The translations under genes and the position numbers were made by a program. This document shows positions 54,953-64,000 of a stretch of DNA of 64,000 nt, in pieces. The notes under the pieces were generated by a model. The model saw nothing but the letters and a program-made list of their open reading frames with translations, made no database searches and was not told where the DNA came from. How positions within the stretch are numbered: position 1 is the stretch's first letter; each line of letters opens with the position of its first letter. This DNA comes from Cyanidioschyzon merolae (taxonomy: Eukaryota), in NCBI GenBank assembly GCA_000091205.1, contig AP006488.2. One strand, written 5' to 3'.

Positions 54953-57694
54953 TTGTGGGACCTCTCTAATATGGAGACACATATAATTAGCGACGAGGAT
55001 GAAAGACTCGCTAGACAGCGAAAAATGCTCTTCGAAAAGTTCGGGATAGAAGCGGACACTCTGGGGGACGCGGCACCGTCGGCGGTACCTCCGAACAAAA
55101 GCGCTGAATACACGGAAGCGGACCGCGTTGGTGTACTAGGCAAGACGTCTTGCGGACAGGCGCAAGGTCAGAGGGCGATTTCACCCCCCAGCACTCCCAG
55201 TGTGGTTCAAATTGCAGAGGAAAGTCAGGATGCAGACCTTCATAACGCAACGCCCGACCCCCAGCGAGACTACGGACTGCGTCTGCTTGGAAGCAGGTTT
55301 CATTATCGCGCAAGCTTGCACGAACAGGCTCGAGCATCACGGGAACTGTTCGCGGTTACACCAGTGACGGCGTACGCGTCGCCGCTGGTGGAGAGCTCAG
55401 CGCACCGCATTGCTGTGCACGACCACTGGATCGCTTATGCGGTGAAAAACCATATCCGGTTGCTCGATAGGCTCCAAATCCAGCGCGCCCTCCTGAAAGG
55501 CCACGAGGGCCCTGTCGAGGAGCTCTCCCACGCACCGCAGTGCCCACAGCTCCTGCTCTCTAGTGCAGCCGATGGTAGTGTAATCTTCTGGCGGCTCGAG
55601 GGTTGGGATGGAACGTCGCGATCGCCGAGCGAGCACCTACAGTGGCGCTTTCAGCTCTCGAACCGACGGAGTTCCCGTATTGCGCTCTCCCCAGATGGAC
55701 GCTGGATAGCCTTCACAGAGGACGCTCGGGTACACGTGCTTCCCGTCACCGCTGATGGCGATGTGGAAAGCAGGCAGCACACAGTGATTCCAACAACGCA
55801 TGAGGTTCGTGATATTGCTTTCGTTGCCAAGGCAGCTGCAGCTGGTTGGTTGCTTGTTTTAGCTAGTGCTCATGGAATGGTACATATCGCTGAACCGGAG
55901 CACGGCACGATCGTGGGGGAGTTCTGCGCTCACAGTGGGGCGCCAGTGGAACGTGTCCTCAGCCTCGCGCCGCAGGTGCTCGTCACTGCAACATCGTGTT
56001 GTACAGAGCTGTGGTATTGGCGACTCGTTGGGCTCTGGGCTCCGCCGCAGAGCGGCAGCGTACAGCTCCTCGCGCGCTGCTCTTTTCATGAATATGCGAG
56101 CTTGGGGCCGCTAGCGACCGATCCCGAGGGAGAATTCCTCTTTCTCGCGAATCACGAGACCAGGCAACTTTTTGTTCTGCACCATGCGAGTGGAACCTTT
56201 ATCCCGGATTATTTGGTGCAGGTGCCTCTGCGGTATTCGATTGCCAGCTTCTGTGCGACTCGTTCTGTTCGTCGAGAACGTGACCTGGATGAGAAGTCTG
56301 GACTACCACAGTTGCGTGAAAACGTCTTTCTTGACCTGTGGTGCATGCATGAAAAGTGTATTCAGGGGTATCATGTACGTCGCGAACACTTGGCGCCAGC
56401 AGGAGAAGCACCCCCGGCCGAGTTGTCGCTCGAGAGCTCCAATCATGACGAGAACTATAATGATCTTGATGACCCTGTTCATGATGATGATGATGATCGT
56501 CATCGTGCTGTTGGTGCTGCTGGTGACGATGATGATCATGGTGATGCTGCCGGAAACCGGGTGCACGGGCGACCTGTGCTGGACGTTTCAGCTTCGCAGC
56601 CACTCGAGGGGTTGATGTCGACGTCGCCGCCGGTGCTGGTGACCCACACCCATACCCTGTACGAGGCTTTTCGGAAGATCGCTCCGCAACTGAAGCAGCG
56701 AAGCTCAAGCTCCAGAAAGCACTCGGCCATTGGCGTGGGCAGCGCTGCCTCAAGCTCTCCGAGTCCAAATGCTGGCGACGCTGCCTCAAGTTTGCCAGTC
56801 GATGTTCGAACACTTGCTCCAGAGAGCAATGGTGAAGCTGGCGCTGCTACGCCAAAGCGCGGAGACTTTCCAGATCAGGCGACGAGCGCTGGAATGCCTT
56901 TGTTCACGGAGAAGCGCATTCTGGAACTTGAAGCGCGACTGACGCGTATAGAGCAGCTCCTGCATGAACTCATGGGCACGGTGAACCACACCAGGTCGGA
57001 GACAGCCTCGACGATGCACGGTCTTCTCCAACAGATTGCCAAAGAGCACCTCGTGCCGGCTCTGATGCGCACCAGTGCCGAGACGGCAACATCGCTCTCT
57101 CGAGCGCTCGACGAGGCCATACGGGTTCGCTTCAAGCCGGTTACCGAACAGCTGGAACAAGCGTTACAGCGGACACTGCAATGGCCCACGTCAGGACCTG
57201 TGTCTTCTGCTGGAATGACGGCGACGACACTGGTGCCCACCGGGTACACGGCACCGACACCGACACCACGAGAGCAGATCCTGCGATGGCTGCATCAACA
57301 ACCGATGCCGGACGAGGATCGAGCGTTTCACGCAGCGCTCAATCTAAGTGATCTGGAGACGTTGGTCTGGCTCTGCAAGCAGTGCTCTCCGGAGCTTGTC
57401 TGCGAGAAGCTCTCCCAGCCTGTGCTCCTCTCTCTGGTCCAGCAGTTAGGTTTCGATTTGCGGACCCATCTCGAATGCAAGTTATCGTATTTAGAGGAAG
57501 CGGTGCCGCTGATTCAACCGAAAGATCCGATTATCGCTCGGCATATGGAACCAACCATGCGTCAGCTTGTGCATAATCTAGATGAACAGGTTTTACATGC
57601 TGGTGAAGAGGTTGCACCTGCGCTTCGGACGCGGGCTCGTTTGCTGCGCAAGGTCGCCACGCTGTTGCTCCTTTCACCATCGCCAGCGAGTTAA
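54953..57694 (+). CDS. EDC4: Enhancer of mRNA decapping 4 (EDC4/Ge-1/Varicose)-like WD40 protein
   Basis: N-terminal WD40 region: 'RIAVHDHWIAYAVKNHIRLLDRLQIQRALLKGHEGPVEEL', 'DGSVIFWRLEG'. Ser/Asp-rich linker. The C-terminal helical domain 'LVWLCKQCSPELVCEKLSQPVLLSLVQQLGFDLRTHLECKLSYLEEAVPLIQPKDPIIARHMEPTMRQLVHNL' recalls the EDC4 C-terminus ('LLSLIQQL...LKLSYLEEA...DP'). Recalled from memory, not searched. Confidence 0.6.
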   Translation: MWDLSNMETHIISDEDERLARQRKMLFEKFGIEADTLGDAAPSAVPPNKSAEYTEADRVGVLGKTSCGQAQGQRAISPPSTPSVVQIAEESQDADLHNATPDPQRDYGLRLLGSRFHYRASLHEQARASRELFAVTPVTAYASPLVESSAHRIAVHDHWIAYAVKNHIRLLDRLQIQRALLKGHEGPVEELSHAPQCPQLLLSSAADGSVIFWRLEGWDGTSRSPSEHLQWRFQLSNRRSSRIALSPDGRWIAFTEDARVHVLPVTADGDVESRQHTVIPTTHEVRDIAFVAKAAAAGWLLVLASAHGMVHIAEPEHGTIVGEFCAHSGAPVERVLSLAPQVLVTATSCCTELWYWRLVGLWAPPQSGSVQLLARCSFHEYASLGPLATDPEGEFLFLANHETRQLFVLHHASGTFIPDYLVQVPLRYSIASFCATRSVRRERDLDEKSGLPQLRENVFLDLWCMHEKCIQGYHVRREHLAPAGEAPPAELSLESSNHDENYNDLDDPVHDDDDDRHRAVGAAGDDDDHGDAAGNRVHGRPVLDVSASQPLEGLMSTSPPVLVTHTHTLYEAFRKIAPQLKQRSSSSRKHSAIGVGSAASSSPSPNAGDAASSLPVDVRTLAPESNGEAGAATPKRGDFPDQATSAGMPLFTEKRILELEARLTRIEQLLHELMGTVNHTRSETASTMHGLLQQIAKEHLVPALMRTSAETATSLSRALDEAIRVRFKPVTEQLEQALQRTLQWPTSGPVSSAGMTATTLVPTGYTAPTPTPREQILRWLHQQPMPDEDRAFHAALNLSDLETLVWLCKQCSPELVCEKLSQPVLLSLVQQLGFDLRTHLECKLSYLEEAVPLIQPKDPIIARHMEPTMRQLVHNLDEQVLHAGEEVAPALRTRARLLRKVATLLLLSPSPAS

Positions 57695-60600
57695 AGGACT
57701 TGAGTGGAAGTACGCTTTAGGTCCGATCGTAAATTTCCTATTGCGCCTTGTTCTAATGTAAGTGACACAAAGGACTTGAGAAGAGGTACGGTTTAGGTCT
57801 GATCGGAGATATCCCGTGGCAGACTTGCCTTCGACAATATCCTGGAACGCATCGTGCGACGAGCGCCATACCGCGCACTACGATGTTCGCAGAGCAGTGG
57901 ACCCTGGAACGCATGTACCAGTACTTCTTGATTCGGCTTTCTGTCTCGCTGGTATACGAGAAAAGGGAGTGTCATTCGCAGATCGAAGAAAGGTCGCGGA
58001 AAGACTTGATGGTACAACTGCGGCCTTGCGAAAGAAACACAGGCAAACTTCAAGTTACCAATTCAACGTTCAGCAGGTAGATAAGCAATGCTTATCGTAG
58101 CAGCTATTCGGCAAGAAAAGCAACCAAACGGGAATGCCCCGAACATTATCCGCATGACTGTTTCCTCGTCGATCCATGGTTGGCGGCACATTCCCTGCGA
58201 AAAACTGCACGAGAGGCAATAGGATATGGAGTTTCCGTATCTTAGATACGAACAAATATGAAGACGCACGGAGGGTAAAGGAAATAACGTGCGTCCAGAT
58301 TGGTTTCATACTAACTTGCAAACGCTCAGAAAAAGAGCGATGCTTGTTCATCTCACTCGTTGAGCCTGCATTCGAAGGAAATGCTAGACATGTCCATGGG
58401 AACTCAAGTAGCGGCAAACATGTGTTTCTAAATAAAAGACAAGCGACAGTGAAGACTGCATCAGTCCTAGCGTCAATGGGATCATATGGTTGCCTCTATA
58501 TCGCCACACGGATCGGAATGTTCAACAAATTATGCTTCTTCATCGGAGCATTTCTTGGCTTCTTCTTTGCACAGCTTTCTCACCTGATCTCTGATAAGAT
58601 GGTGTTTTATCGCGCCAAAGCAGTCGTGGAGCATGCAGCTGCTACTGATATTGAGCTGCTCTTCATGCCAGCCTATTCTATCCAGTTCAGTCGAGTCAAA
58701 AGCGTGTTCTCTGTTGTCGAACGCCATCATTTCGCGCAGAGATCAATGGACTGGTCGTTTGAATCCGTGACACCTTTATTCGACATGTCGACCTCTGTTG
58801 TCATTAACCCTTAAATGCTCCGTTGTGTCTTTGCTCATGCACCAAAGAGAGTGCGATGCAACCGTGCTGCCCGTGGGCGTACTCGCGGCCGAGAAGGCAA
58901 TGGGAATGTACTTGAGGCATCATTGGTACGTTCTAGAAATGACGAGTTTGTTTTCGAGTTTCCTCCCGGAGCTTCTTCATCCCGAAGGAGGCACCGAATA
59001 TGGACTATACCGTGCACAACAATGCAATGCAGCTATGAAAATAAGAAGACGAAGAAAAGCATGAAATTTCAGAGGAAATGACGAACAGGAATCGGAACGA
59101 ATACCTATCGCAATGGAAAGAACCGTTTGAATCCGTGTTCACGGCCACGGCACAATGACATATCGACGACAAGAATCTTTCAGACTGAGAGCTATGCGAC
59201 ACCATCCAGGTTTGCGCAGCTTCCCTCGCCTTGATGCACGTCATCGAGCAACTTTTCACAAGAGATTACGACGCGTGACTGCCACCTGTCCACATTCTAC
59301 CGGAATTCTAGGATCGTACTTTCGTACGAGTACGCAAACGATGCTCGGGGCAGAAGCTGTAGTACAGCCTGACCGTAGGATCAGGGATTCGTAGACACGC
59401 TTCCCAGAGTACGAGTTCTTGCCGCCGCGCCACGTCAGTTAATCTCGCTTCTACAGCTCGGTGCCAAAAAGTAGCAAACGAACCTAAAAAACCACGGGCT
59501 GGTCAATTTCGAGCGCCTCATGAGTCGCACCCCGTGCGCATTCGAGTTTCATCTTACCTACCCAGAAAAGTCGACGTTGATGGAAGAAATTCATGGGGCG
59601 AAGATCATGGCGATTGATCAGCGAAATGGTCCAAGAGCAGAGGATGGTACATAGCTCTGGTGAGGTGTCCCAACGAGAGCAAGAGTCGCTTCAGAGCGTC
59701 CAGGCTAACCCTGTTGCGCTTCGTCTTGGGCCGTCGGGCGTTGTATCCTGTAAATAAGTGAAACGTAACGCATGTCTTGCTTGCATCAAGCGCTGCGACG
59801 TCATTCTGAACAGATCCCACCGGAGCACGGCAGACATACTACCCGAATCCGAGTACGCTCGCCTCCTCAAGGTTCTGTCCGAACATGTCCCAGCAGGTGA
59901 GACTGAGACCCATCGCATTGCAGCAGATATGTCTATCGTATACGATATGGTCTTGTCGTGATCTTCGGCGCGTATCTGCATGCAGATATGAAGCAGTGAA
60001 CCAGCACTGCGAAGGGCATTGGCGAAGCTCATGCAACGACTCGCGTTTACAGGCAGAAATTGGAAAGAGGCTGACATTGCAATGGAACCCCACCGAGTAT
60101 CCATCCGCATGCACTTTGCCAAACCGAGGCCTGAGTCGAGCATCGAGATTCGTTGTCAGCCGTAAAAGGTAGATGAAGAGAAAGGCTTCACGGCGGACGT
60201 GGATCTCGGGTTGAAGGCCATCATGGTCGTCGCCGTACCTCTGGATCAAGAGGACAGCACCGATGGCCGCAGCGGTAAGCAGAGGAAGCTGCTCAAAATC
60301 ATCCAGGGCTCTATTGGATCCAGTGTCGGGCACAGTGGACGCCAGCAGGCGAGCCACCAGGTGAAATGGTGGTGTCAGGACGCCTCGCGACGCTCTGACT
60401 ACGCGATCGATCCCAGCTGGATATGTTGTGTGCTTCCAACTCAGAGCGTACATGAGCGTCCAAATAACGAGCGCCGATGATCTTCAGCGGATGTCCATGA
60501 GATCGTCCAGCGTTCGCCAACGGTTTCTATTGTCAAGCGGCATACATCTGCCATCTTGTTCCGTTCGCTGGAAAAATGGCATGTGGGACATGTCGTGTAG

Positions 60601-61449
60601 TATCACGGGAATCTGTTTCGTTGGATGAGCTGTTGCACACAAAGGCTGCATTGCCGCTCCTTCGACGAGTGCGTACGCTAACTGCATGAATCGATTCTCT
60701 CGCAGGCCCATCGATGTGTGCGGGACGCCATACCCACATATAATGGGTACGAGAATGCCCGTTGAAACTTTTAGAGACTATGTGCATAAAACCGAGTCGA
60801 GTGCACGAGATCATGGTCTATGGACAGCGTACCATACGTCAGATGGCAAGGCAATGGAAAGCGAGAAGCGCGCTATCGTATGATTCCATCACCGGCAAGA
60901 ATACGCGCAAGCACACACTGCACCGAGTCCCGGAAAAAACGTCGATCAACATCCGGACACTTTGCCTAGTTCAGGAGCATCCAGCGCTTACGTGTCGAGA
61001 AATGCGTCTCGAAAGAATCGTTCAGAAGTTTGTATAGGCATTTTACTGAAACGCTGGTGACTTGCGGTGGTATTCAAATCAGTTGCCCCGACAAAGCGGA
61101 CTGGATTCCAACCCAGAACTGGGAGCTGAAACGGCACCGTTCAACTGCCCAGTGAGAGAATGAGAGCAGAGCGCCGCATACTCACATCGAGAACGATTCT
61201 CGCAGGCAACCGATAGACGATCATGGGGTTCCACCATTCGATATTCCTGCGTATGTCACGGACTCGTCATTCCGAGGCTGGTTCGTGCCCCAGCTCTGCC
61301 GTTCGGTACCTGGATACCTGGGTCAGGCAGCACGACCCAAACATTGCTGGGTACCGACCACGAAACGTTGCTTTACGCCAGGAGAGTCGCAGTCGCGATG
61401 TTCCTCGCGAAAACGCCCCGCCATACACACACAAACTGCGGATCGTGGC

Positions 61450-63777
61450 TCAAGTCGTCGCTACAGTGGCGCGGCGTAGATGCTCAAGGAATATTTCCAT
61501 GGAAACATCATCGGTATAGATGAACTCGGCAGCGGCACTGCCGCTAAGTACATCGACATTACCGCTTGTGTGGGTAGCACTGGGGTTCAGTTTCGCGAGC
61601 AGAAAACGCGCTTGGGATCCGTACTGGTCCGACTCTACCCAGCGCGGATACGGGAAACGCGCTGCAATGCACGCTGCCGCATCTCGCCGCGGTATTTCCA
61701 GCAGCTCCGCCAAGTTTCGATAATTTGGCTGCAAATGATAGCCTGCTTTGCGCCACTGGGCAACGGTGTCACCATAAAAGATAACGATGTAGAAGAAGGC
61801 ATCGAGAAAGAGGACAACGTCGGGCCGAACGCTGGCCACATCGAGCAGCACCGGTGTAGGCGCGCTCTCCAACGAGTACTGAATCAGGCTGGGTTGAATC
61901 ATGAGCATACCATCCGCGGTACTCACCCGACACAAATGCGAACGAAAGAACGCAGACTCATCGGGTGAGGTATTGAACGTTTGCAGTAACGCGCTCCGTC
62001 GCAAATGATACATGAACTGAGGATAGAATGACATGCTGGGGCCAAGTCGGAACGTCTCGGGCCGTTCCTTTTGGTAGTCGCCAAAGCGCGCACATAATCG
62101 AATCAAAAGCCGATCCAGCCATCGGAGGATATCGAAGGCCTCTTCGTTTTCCGTACGGAAAGCAGCGAGACGCGCCATGGTGACGGCGGCTGCCTCTTGA
62201 TCGAAACCCGCTGCGAGGGTCACGAGGTCGTTGCCGTCGCACCAGCGCCCAGCATGCGTCGCTACCCGCATTCGGAACTCGCCCGAGCTGTGTTGGTAAG
62301 TTGTTCGAAACTGTATGTACCGATAGTGATTCTCGGGAATCCCATTCGACTGCTGGTTCACAACGTCGAAGAAAACGCTGAGGCTCGTGTCCGGCGAGAT
62401 GCTCCCAATTCGCCATGCACAGGTACCCCCAATACCAATTTCCGTGTCCGTGGAGACGCTGGGTCCTTTCTTCTCCAGGGAAGCCGAGGGTCCGATCACG
62501 CCGGCAATCTTGAACTCCCGAGAGCAGTCGACCTCGAGTGTTGCCAAGAAATGGCGCTTAAGATGTCCATTTTCATCGCATTCAAAGAACTTCTCGAACG
62601 AACGCTTGAACATGTCGTGCTCAAAGGATTCAGCCATTACGAAAACGCCTCCGGTGCGATCCACGCACGCTTTCATCTCATAGAAACCGACCTGATCCAG
62701 GGAACATCCGAATACGGAGAGCGCGTGCCCGGCGTTCACCAGGCGCGTGGCTACCTCATCGTAGTGCTTGAGCGCCTTTTTCAAATGCGGTGCATTGTCT
62801 TTCTCAATATCGATATGAGAGCGCAGCTCTTCATCTAGCTTTGGACCAACGATGGTGCCGGGACCCTCGGTGCAAGGCCCGCCTTGCAACAGGCAAATAT
62901 GTGCTCCGTAGCCCCTGTAGGTGCATTCCAGGAGAGCCGCAGCCGCTGCGAGTGCGGCACCCGTACAGCGCTTTGGCCGTTCGTCGGCCGGCACTGGCCA
63001 GGCGTCACGCTGAAGGCCCTCCAGAAGCGTTGCCATCATATACTCGCATTCTTGTATGGGTTGGAGAAAGCGGTCTGGAGGTGCCAGTTTTGAATGAGCG
63101 CCCGCTGCTGTCGCATCAGCACGCTGTTTGGCGGCAGCGCTAGCTCCAGCGCCAGCAGCTGCAGAGGCGCCGCCCAGTCCAAGCAACGGCTGCAGTGACG
63201 CTGCATCATAGGATTTGTTCCCTCGAAGGATGTACGATCGAAAGCCTTCAGTGAACCCAATCTCATGAACCTGCAGGTGCTGCCCGTACGTAATCAGGCC
63301 CACTGTTGTTCCTGGCGGTAGCAGCGAAAGCGCCTTGAGGAGGTACTCCTTCACCACCGTGAACTGTTTCTCGGGCACTGTCGTGTCCAGTACAAAGAGA
63401 AATGCCGGCGGTGGGGCCGGTGGCCTATTCAAACGATACTCTACAACTGTGTATTCCGGAATGAGCTCAGATGGCAGCTGGTTATCCGGGATGCTCGCAT
63501 ACTGTGGAGGGAGCTGGTTGCGCTGAAACGTAAACGGACAAACCCACATCCGCGCGTTGATGTCCACGCTACAGTACGGGTTGAGCACCGTACCCTCCCG
63601 CGACGTCACCGGCGGGTACGGCAGCGGAGGGGGCATGTTTGGTAACGGTCGCAACGGTGTAAAAAGACACGCAAACGGAAGCACGCACTGGCTAGCTGCG
63701 GCCTTGGTCGTTGGCCAGAACAGCCACGTCCAGCGCGTGCCGTCCACTTCCTCCAGTTGCGCGAAGTCTATAGACAT
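61450..63777 (-). CDS. SEC23: COPII coat protein Sec23
   Basis: 775-aa ORF with the Sec23 hallmark N-terminus 'FAQLEEVDGTRWTWLFWPTTKAAASQCVLPFACLFTPL' and a Zn-finger Cys cluster ('YCSVDINARMWVCPFTFQRNQLP'). Trunk, helical and gelsolin-like region strings: 'SFYPQFMYHLRRSALLQTFNTSPDESAFFR', 'PVLLDVASVRPDVVLFLDAFFYIVIFYGDTVAQWRKAGY'. Confidence 0.9.
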   Translation of the reverse strand: MSIDFAQLEEVDGTRWTWLFWPTTKAAASQCVLPFACLFTPLRPLPNMPPPLPYPPVTSREGTVLNPYCSVDINARMWVCPFTFQRNQLPPQYASIPDNQLPSELIPEYTVVEYRLNRPPAPPPAFLFVLDTTVPEKQFTVVKEYLLKALSLLPPGTTVGLITYGQHLQVHEIGFTEGFRSYILRGNKSYDAASLQPLLGLGGASAAAGAGASAAAKQRADATAAGAHSKLAPPDRFLQPIQECEYMMATLLEGLQRDAWPVPADERPKRCTGAALAAAAALLECTYRGYGAHICLLQGGPCTEGPGTIVGPKLDEELRSHIDIEKDNAPHLKKALKHYDEVATRLVNAGHALSVFGCSLDQVGFYEMKACVDRTGGVFVMAESFEHDMFKRSFEKFFECDENGHLKRHFLATLEVDCSREFKIAGVIGPSASLEKKGPSVSTDTEIGIGGTCAWRIGSISPDTSLSVFFDVVNQQSNGIPENHYRYIQFRTTYQHSSGEFRMRVATHAGRWCDGNDLVTLAAGFDQEAAAVTMARLAAFRTENEEAFDILRWLDRLLIRLCARFGDYQKERPETFRLGPSMSFYPQFMYHLRRSALLQTFNTSPDESAFFRSHLCRVSTADGMLMIQPSLIQYSLESAPTPVLLDVASVRPDVVLFLDAFFYIVIFYGDTVAQWRKAGYHLQPNYRNLAELLEIPRRDAAACIAARFPYPRWVESDQYGSQARFLLAKLNPSATHTSGNVDVLSGSAAAEFIYTDDVSMEIFLEHLRRATVATT

Positions 63778-64000
63778 GACCTCCAGAACGTCTCAAACTA
63801 CGCACTGTTTACCAGGTAGGGTCAAACGCCCCCACGATCAGGCCCGAAAGACTCTGCCTAAGCGCTCGTGTTCGGCTCTGCGCTCTCCCGAACGTCGAGC
63901 GAATGACCTGTTGCGTAACTGCTGCCGCGGCGGCGGCAGCAGAGGCGAATGATGAGACCCAGCGCTTACCGAGTGCGCACTATAGGAAAAGGAACAGAAA

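Noticed and set aside
54354-54982. Three ORFs encoding near-identical peptides ('MKLVTTAVQKRSQCTALEKGTALGRQSQTLEAKAVEAGNNSGSEKVAVYCAREG')
   Set aside because: They are artefacts of translating the 103-bp tandem repeat in one frame; the region is intergenic.

Overview
This is a GC-rich (roughly 55-60%) eukaryotic nuclear segment, not prokaryotic. It encodes hallmark eukaryotic proteins as long uninterrupted ORFs on alternating strands: CCR4-NOT subunit CNOT1 (2213 aa), COPII Sec23, CPSF30, PP2A B56, UTP7/WDR46, an EDC4-like WD40 protein, an m-AAA AFG3-like protease and an hnRNP F/H-like RRM protein. Metabolic genes are also present: 3-hydroxyanthranilate 3,4-dioxygenase, a cystathionine gamma-synthase-like PLP enzyme, dihydroneopterin aldolase and an SDR epimerase-like ORF. 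This pattern suggests an intron-poor protist or algal genome; the taxon cannot be determined from sequence alone. Between the compact genes lie several-kb gene-poor stretches that read as transposon graveyards. Two loci carry frameshifted fragments of TnpB/Fanzor-like (RuvC-III 'RDxNAAxN', zinc-finger) proteins (29.4-31.9 kb and 40.9-41.9 kb), and two inverted loci carry degenerate Tc1/mariner-type DDE transposases (30.56-31.39 kb and 46.64-47.73 kb). At the first TnpB locus the two element types are nested. Other structure: (a) two near-identical 1.45-kb direct repeats, 9,031 bp apart, that bracket a hypothetical 1034-aa gene plus the CGS-like gene; (b) an 86-bp x ~8 minisatellite abutting the UTP7 start; (c) a 103-bp x 3 tandem repeat filling the divergent promoter between a tandem-CBM20 (laforin-like?) protein and the EDC4-like gene; (d) a short dispersed repeat at 22.7 and 42.3 kb; (e) compound microsatellites. 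No rRNA, tRNA or CRISPR could be supported.
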